From an uncultured Actinomycetes bacterium (GTDB lineage: Bacteria > Actinomycetota > Thermoleophilia > UBA2241), in the NCBI GenBank assembly GCA_963709345.1, contig CAVPVX010000001.1:1-64000 (forward strand): a stretch of DNA of 64,000 bases, read 5' to 3'. The notes under the pieces were generated by a model, which did no database searches, was not told the DNA's origin, and was given only the letters and a program-made list of their open reading frames with translations. A program made the position numbers and the translations under genes. Numbering within the stretch: position 1 is the first letter of the stretch; the number at the start of each line of letters is the position of its first letter. Shown piece after piece: positions 59,506 to 64,000 of the stretch.

Positions 59506-61143
59506 ACGGCGAGGGTCCGGTGGAGGCGGCGCAGGCCCGCAGGGCCCCGCTGCGCCGTCCGCCGCTCGGTCGCTCTCTCCGGGTCAAGATGATCAGCCCA
59601 GCCAAGACGGCCGCCGGCAGCCGCTACTGGCGATCCATCAAGTACTCGCTGTTCCCGCCGCTCGGCCTCGCCACCCTGGCCGGATACCTGGATCCCGACG
59701 ACGAGATCGACCTGCAGGACGAGCACGTCGAGACCCTGCGCCTCGACGACGAGCCGGATCTCGTCGTCATCGAGGCCTACATCACCTCCGCCCGCCGCGC
59801 CTACCGCTACGCCGACCACTACCGCGCCAGAGGGCGCCTACGTCTGCCTCGGCGGGCTCCACCCGACGAGCCTGCCGGACGAGGCGGCCCGGCACGCCGA
59901 CAGCGTGTTCTGCGGCCCGGGAGAGGACACCTGGCCGGCGTTCCTCGCCGACTTCCGCGCCGGCCGGCCCCGGCCGCTGTACCGCTCGACTGAGCGCACC
60001 CTCGCCGGCGTCCCGCCGGCGCGCCGCGACCTCATCAAGCGCGACCGGTACCTGGTGCCCAACTCACTGGTCGTGAGCCGCGGCTGCCCGCACGTGTGCG
60101 ATTTCTGCTACAAGGAGGCGTTCTTCCGCGGCGGCAGGTCGTTCTACGTGCAGGCGGTCGAAGATGCCCTGGCCGAGATCGACCGCCTCCCCGGTCGCCA
60201 TCTCTACTTCCTCGACGACAACCTCTTCGGCAGCCCGCCGTTCGCCGAGGCGCTCTTCGACAGTCTCAAGGGGATGGGCCGCCTCTGGCAGGCGGCCGGG
60301 ACGGTAGAGGCGGTGCTCCGCCCCGGCCTCCTCGAGAAAGCGGTGGAGAGCGGGCTGCGCAGCCTGTTCATCGGCTTCGAGACGCTGAGCGAGGCGAACC
60401 TGCGCGGCGCCGGCAAGACGCAGAACCTGGCCGGCGCCGGTGTGGCCGCCGCCCGGGCGGCCGGCCGCCCGGGCGGCGGCGTCTCCGGCGCGCCGCCCTA
60501 CGACGCCGCCGTCCGCCGCCTCCACGACCTCGGCGTCATGGTCAACGGCGCCTTCGTCTTCGGCATGGACCACGACGACCCGTCGGTCTTCCCGCGCACC
60601 GTGGAGTGGGCAGTCAGCCGCGGTATCGAGACGGCCACGTTTCACATCATGACGCCGTATCCCGGCACCCGGCTCGAACGGCGGCTGGCCGCCGAGGGCC
60701 GCGTCACCAGCCGCGACTGGGACCTCTACGACACGCGACACGCCGTGTTCCGGCCCGCCGGCATGACGGCCGCGCAGTTGGAGACCGGCTACTGGGGCGC
60801 CTACCGCGACTTCTACCGCTGGAGCAGTATCTGGCGAGCCGCGTTCGCCCACGGCGACCTGCGCGAGCACGCACGCCACCTCGCCTACACGAGCGGATGG
60901 AAGAAGCTCGAGCCGATGTGGGACTGGGCCATCCGCAGCGGCCAGGTGCACCGCTTCCTGCCGCTCCTCGAGACGATCCTCGACCGGTTCGGCAGCGGCG
61001 GCGGGGCGATGCCGGGCCGGCTCAGGCTCGATGAGACCCGGCCGCCGGCCGGCGCCCCGCGGAGGGAGCCGGCCGGCCCGGCGGCACGGGAGGTCAGGCG
61101 AAGGGCTGGTCCTTCAGCGACCCTCCCCGGCCCCGCTTCTTGA
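59502..61143 (+). CDS. B12-binding-domain radical SAM protein; +1 frameshift near 59832 (start uncertain)
   Basis: PPLGLATLA, SRGCPHVCDFC, FLDDN, IGFE, TPYPGT. Confidence 0.88.
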
Positions 61144-61798
61144 ACTGGGAGCGCCACCCCCAGTTGGCCATGAAGCGATAGCCGACCTTGGGGATCGGCG
61201 GTTTGGCCATGAGTCGCACCGCCTCCTCGGGTACGGGCCGGCCGGCCGCCAGCTCTTCGGCCGTGAGGTCGAGGGCCTTGACCGCCGAGCGCATCATCCC
61301 CTGGAGCTTGCGCAGCGGCTGCCCGCCGACCATGCCACCGGCGGCCAGGATCAGGCCGCCGGCCCACTCGAACCCGGCGTCGCGGGCGAAGTTGCGGCAG
61401 ATCTCGACCGCGACCTCGTTGTGCTCGACCTCGGGGAACCCGGACTGGCAGATGGCCACGAAGGCCGGCGCGCCTGCGGCGGCCGGCGCCTCCCCACCCG
61501 CGGTGTGCGCCGCGCCGGCTCGCCCCTCGGCGATCAGTTCGAGCGCGCGGATCGCCGGCGCCGGCAGACTGTCGATGTAGAGCGGGAACGAGAGGACGAC
61601 GAGGTCGGCCGAGGCGACGGCGGCACGCAGTCCCTCCGTCGCCTCCTCAGAGCGCACGGCTTTGGCCGCTCGGATCGTCTCCGTCGCCACGCCGCGCTTC
61701 TCGAGCTCCTCGAGCAGGTAGGCGCCGAGCGACTCGGAGGTGCTCTCGCTGGGCTTGGGGCTGCCGACCAGCAGCAGGACCTTCTGCGGGGCGCTCAT
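61094..61798 (-). CDS. Flavodoxin-like NAD(P)H-dependent oxidoreductase
   Basis: LVGSPK..STS, FPLYIDSLP, QSGFPE. Confidence 0.82.
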   Translation of the reverse strand: MSAPQKVLLLVGSPKPSESTSESLGAYLLEELEKRGVATETIRAAKAVRSEEATEGLRAAVASADLVVLSFPLYIDSLPAPAIRALELIAEGRAGAAHTAGGEAPAAAGAPAFVAICQSGFPEVEHNEVAVEICRNFARDAGFEWAGGLILAAGGMVGGQPLRKLQGMMRSAVKALDLTAEELAAGRPVPEEAVRLMAKPPIPKVGYRFMANWGWRSQFKKRGRGGSLKDQPFA

Positions 61799-62436
61799 GC
61801 GACCACCGCTTCCCGGCCGGCGCCGACGGCGTCGCGCGCCGGCGTCACGCCGACCTCCGCGAGCAGCGCGTCGACGGCCACCCGGACCTCCCACTCGCTC
61901 GCGCCGCTCTCGAGCACGCCGGTGGTCCAGCGCGGCGGCTGCATATTGTACGTGTTGCGCTCGACCAGCCGCCGGAACGTCTGGGCCTCGGGCCCGTCGG
62001 CCTGACCGGCGGGAACCGTGCCGACGACCAGCAGGTCCCGCCGGCGCTCATAGCGCTGCGGATGACGCGTGTCGCCGGCCCTCCTGCGCATGAACGGCTG
62101 CAGGATCGGGATCACGTGGTCGAGCGCCTTCTTGAGCTCCGACGAGTAGCCGCCGAAGGTCACGGGCGTGAGGAAGACGACGAGATCGCTGTGCGTCCAG
62201 CGCTCGGCCACCGTGCGCCCGTCGTCGTGGTGGGCGCACACGCCCGGCGTCTGCGTCCAGCACTTGAAGCAGCCGGCGCACCAGGCGATCCTGTCGTCGC
62301 GCAGGGTCCAGTCGTCGACGGCCCAGCCGCCTGCGGCCAGGCCGTCGACCAGCGCGTCGTGAGCCAGCGCGAGAGTCGGATCGTCGTCGCGGCGCCCGTC
62401 CAGGAGCAGGGCGGCGCCGGCCGGGTTCGCGCTCAT
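61795..62436 (-). CDS. Iron-sulfur flavoprotein-like (flavodoxin family)
   Basis: CAGCFKCW..PGVC, TPVTFGGYSSELK. Confidence 0.85.
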   Translation of the reverse strand: MSANPAGAALLLDGRRDDDPTLALAHDALVDGLAAGGWAVDDWTLRDDRIAWCAGCFKCWTQTPGVCAHHDDGRTVAERWTHSDLVVFLTPVTFGGYSSELKKALDHVIPILQPFMRRRAGDTRHPQRYERRRDLLVVGTVPAGQADGPEAQTFRRLVERNTYNMQPPRWTTGVLESGASEWEVRVAVDALLAEVGVTPARDAVGAGREAVVA

Positions 62437-63041
62437 GCGTTCATCTCCGGGTGCTTGTGATGGAACGGGGTCCAGCCGTCCGCGCCGGCGCGCGGCTCCG
62501 CCGGCAACTGCTCGAGCTTGGCGATGGTCTCGTCGCACCACTCGATGTACGCCCTGCTCACGTGCTGCCCGCAGCTCACGGTCATCAGCCAGTACGGCGT
62601 CGGTGGATCGTCCTCTTGCGACATCGCTTCGTCGTACTGCGCGTACCTTTGCAGCAGAGCCTCGTGTTCGGCGCGGGTCTGCCTGACGTGCTCGATCATC
62701 ACGGCTGGACCCGTCTCCCAACCGTGGAAGAGCTTCAGGAGCATCTCTACGCGCTCGCGGATCGGGTCCGGCGGCTGCGCGAGCCAGCGGTGCAACTCCT
62801 CTCGGCCGAGGTCGGTGATGGTGTAGACGTTGCGGTCGGGCTTGCCGGTCTGGTGCTCCACCTCGCGGGTGGCGAGCCCCTCGTCATCGAGCCGCCTGAG
62901 GATCGGGTAGATGTGCCCGTAGCTCTCGCTCCAGAAGTTGCCGAGGCTATGGGCGTAGATGCGCTTCACGTCGTACCCGGACAGCGGCGCGTAGGCGAGC
63001 AGGCCGAGCACCGCGTACTTCGTCTTGTTCTCTCGAGGCAT
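62433..63041 (-). CDS. PadR family transcriptional regulator
   Basis: YAVLGLL..SGYD..FWSESYGHIYP..YTITDLG. Confidence 0.92.
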   Translation of the reverse strand: MPRENKTKYAVLGLLAYAPLSGYDVKRIYAHSLGNFWSESYGHIYPILRRLDDEGLATREVEHQTGKPDRNVYTITDLGREELHRWLAQPPDPIRERVEMLLKLFHGWETGPAVMIEHVRQTRAEHEALLQRYAQYDEAMSQEDDPPTPYWLMTVSCGQHVSRAYIEWCDETIAKLEQLPAEPRAGADGWTPFHHKHPEMNA

Positions 63042-63060
63042 CAGTCCTCCGTCGCCGAAC

Positions 63061-63094
63061 ATATGACACAAGGCACTATATCCTTATGTCATAT
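63061..63094. promoter_or_regulatory. Probable PadR operator
   Basis: AT-rich inverted repeat ATATGACACAAGG-N8-CCTTATGTCATAT (12 of 13 match), 20 nt upstream of padR. Confidence 0.65.
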
Positions 63095-63201
63095 ATACGT
63101 CAAGACTGCGCGTCACCACCCCGGGCTCTCGCGGTTCGCGGCAGCCCTTGGGTAGACTCAGATGGGTGAACAGACCGTCACGGTCGCAGCAGGAGGCGCG
63201 C

Positions 63202-63414
63202 ATGGGCTTCATGGAGAGGGCAAAGCAGATGGCGGACCAGGCCGCGGCCAAGGCGAAGGAGACCGCGGGCGAGCTCCAGCAGAAGGCCAAGCCGGCCATC
63301 CAGAAGCTGGAGCAGGAGTTCGACAGCCTCGACGAGAAGCTCCAGCCCACCTTCGACAAGGCGAAGCAGGAGGTATCCGATCTCGCCACGGAGGCCAAGG
63401 AGAAGCTGAAGTAG
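63202..63414 (+). CDS. Small helical-repeat (LEA-like) protein
   Basis: RBS AGGAGG; MGFMERAKQMADQAAAKAKE...; rich in A/K/E/Q. Confidence 0.8.
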   Translation: MGFMERAKQMADQAAAKAKETAGELQQKAKPAIQKLEQEFDSLDEKLQPTFDKAKQEVSDLATEAKEKLK

Positions 63415-63540
63415 CGGTGTCTCACGCCGGCGAGACGCGCGCCGCTCCCGGCCGCGCCGCGCGGCCGCGCTTGAGCGGCACGCTCCGGCGGTACACTCTG
63501 GGTAGATCGTGTCTGTAGTAGTACGAAGCGGGAGGTCAGC

Positions 63541-63918
63541 ATGGGATTCACCGACAAGGCCAAGCAGATGGCCGACGACGCCACCACGAAGGCCAAGCAG
63601 ATGGCCGACGACGCCAAAGAGAAGTCGGGGCCGGCGCTGGACAAGGCCAAGGCGACGGCAGCCGACCTCGGCGAGAAGGCCAAAGCGAAGGCCGACGAGC
63701 TGGGCGGGAAGGCCAAGCCGACGACGGACAAGGCGAAGGCGGAAGCGGCCGAGATCATCGAGAAGGCCAGGAAGCAGGGCACGGAGCTCATCGAGCGGGC
63801 GAAGACCCAGGGGCCGGAGCTGCTCGAAAGGGCCAAGAGGGAGGCCGCCGAGCTGCTCGAGAGGGCACAGAGAGAGGCCAACGAGCTCCTGCAGAAGGCC
63901 AAGGAGAAGCTCGGGTAG
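63541..63918 (+). CDS. 11-mer helical-repeat (LEA3/apolipoprotein-like) protein
   Basis: RBS GGAGG; KAKQMADDA twice and E(L/I)(L/I)E(R/K)A at 11-aa period. Confidence 0.82.
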   Translation: MGFTDKAKQMADDATTKAKQMADDAKEKSGPALDKAKATAADLGEKAKAKADELGGKAKPTTDKAKAEAAEIIEKARKQGTELIERAKTQGPELLERAKREAAELLERAQREANELLQKAKEKLG

Positions 63919-64000
63919 CACGGCGATGCCGGGCGATGCTCTCGCGGCGGGGCCGGACGGCCGGCCACGCTGCTTCTGGGCCGTCGGCAGCGCGCCCGAG

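Overview
High-GC window, probably actinobacterial (gene style suggests Thermoleophilia-like; inference). About 1-52.7 kb is a mosaic, paralog-rich membrane/ion-homeostasis island: SulP, DUF2252 x2, DUF1269 x2, DUF6325-like x2, SHOCT/PLDc_N proteins, GAP x2, AI-2E, CLC, TMEM175 and KcsA-type K+ channels, NhaP, P-type ATPase, PPK2, cardiolipin synthase, a glucose-release/oxidation block, a rhodanese with a DszB-like protein, and two paralogous GAF/PAS histidine kinases plus a NarL-type regulator. Two recurring cis-elements are visible in the intergenic DNA. One is a 69-bp promoter cassette in six copies (two boxes 23 bp apart, then GTCACA-N17-TANNNT), probably activated by the two-component system. 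The other is a 16-bp palindrome, STKACC-N4-GGTMAS, at eight sites, probably a TetR operator. A 1.5-kb near-identical duplication and several deletion scars are present. From 53.8 kb there is an operon of purM, a PfkB kinase, an atypical PurN-like formyltransferase and an EhaR-like HAD phosphatase; this is the best candidate for an undescribed pathway. It is followed by an ABC ATPase, TetR plus radical SAM, PadR plus two flavodoxin-like genes and two LEA-like repeat proteins. About ten single-base frameshifts, mostly in short homopolymers, look like sequencing errors. No rRNA, tRNA, CRISPR or transposase was recognised. All family assignments come from motif recognition by eye, not from database searches.
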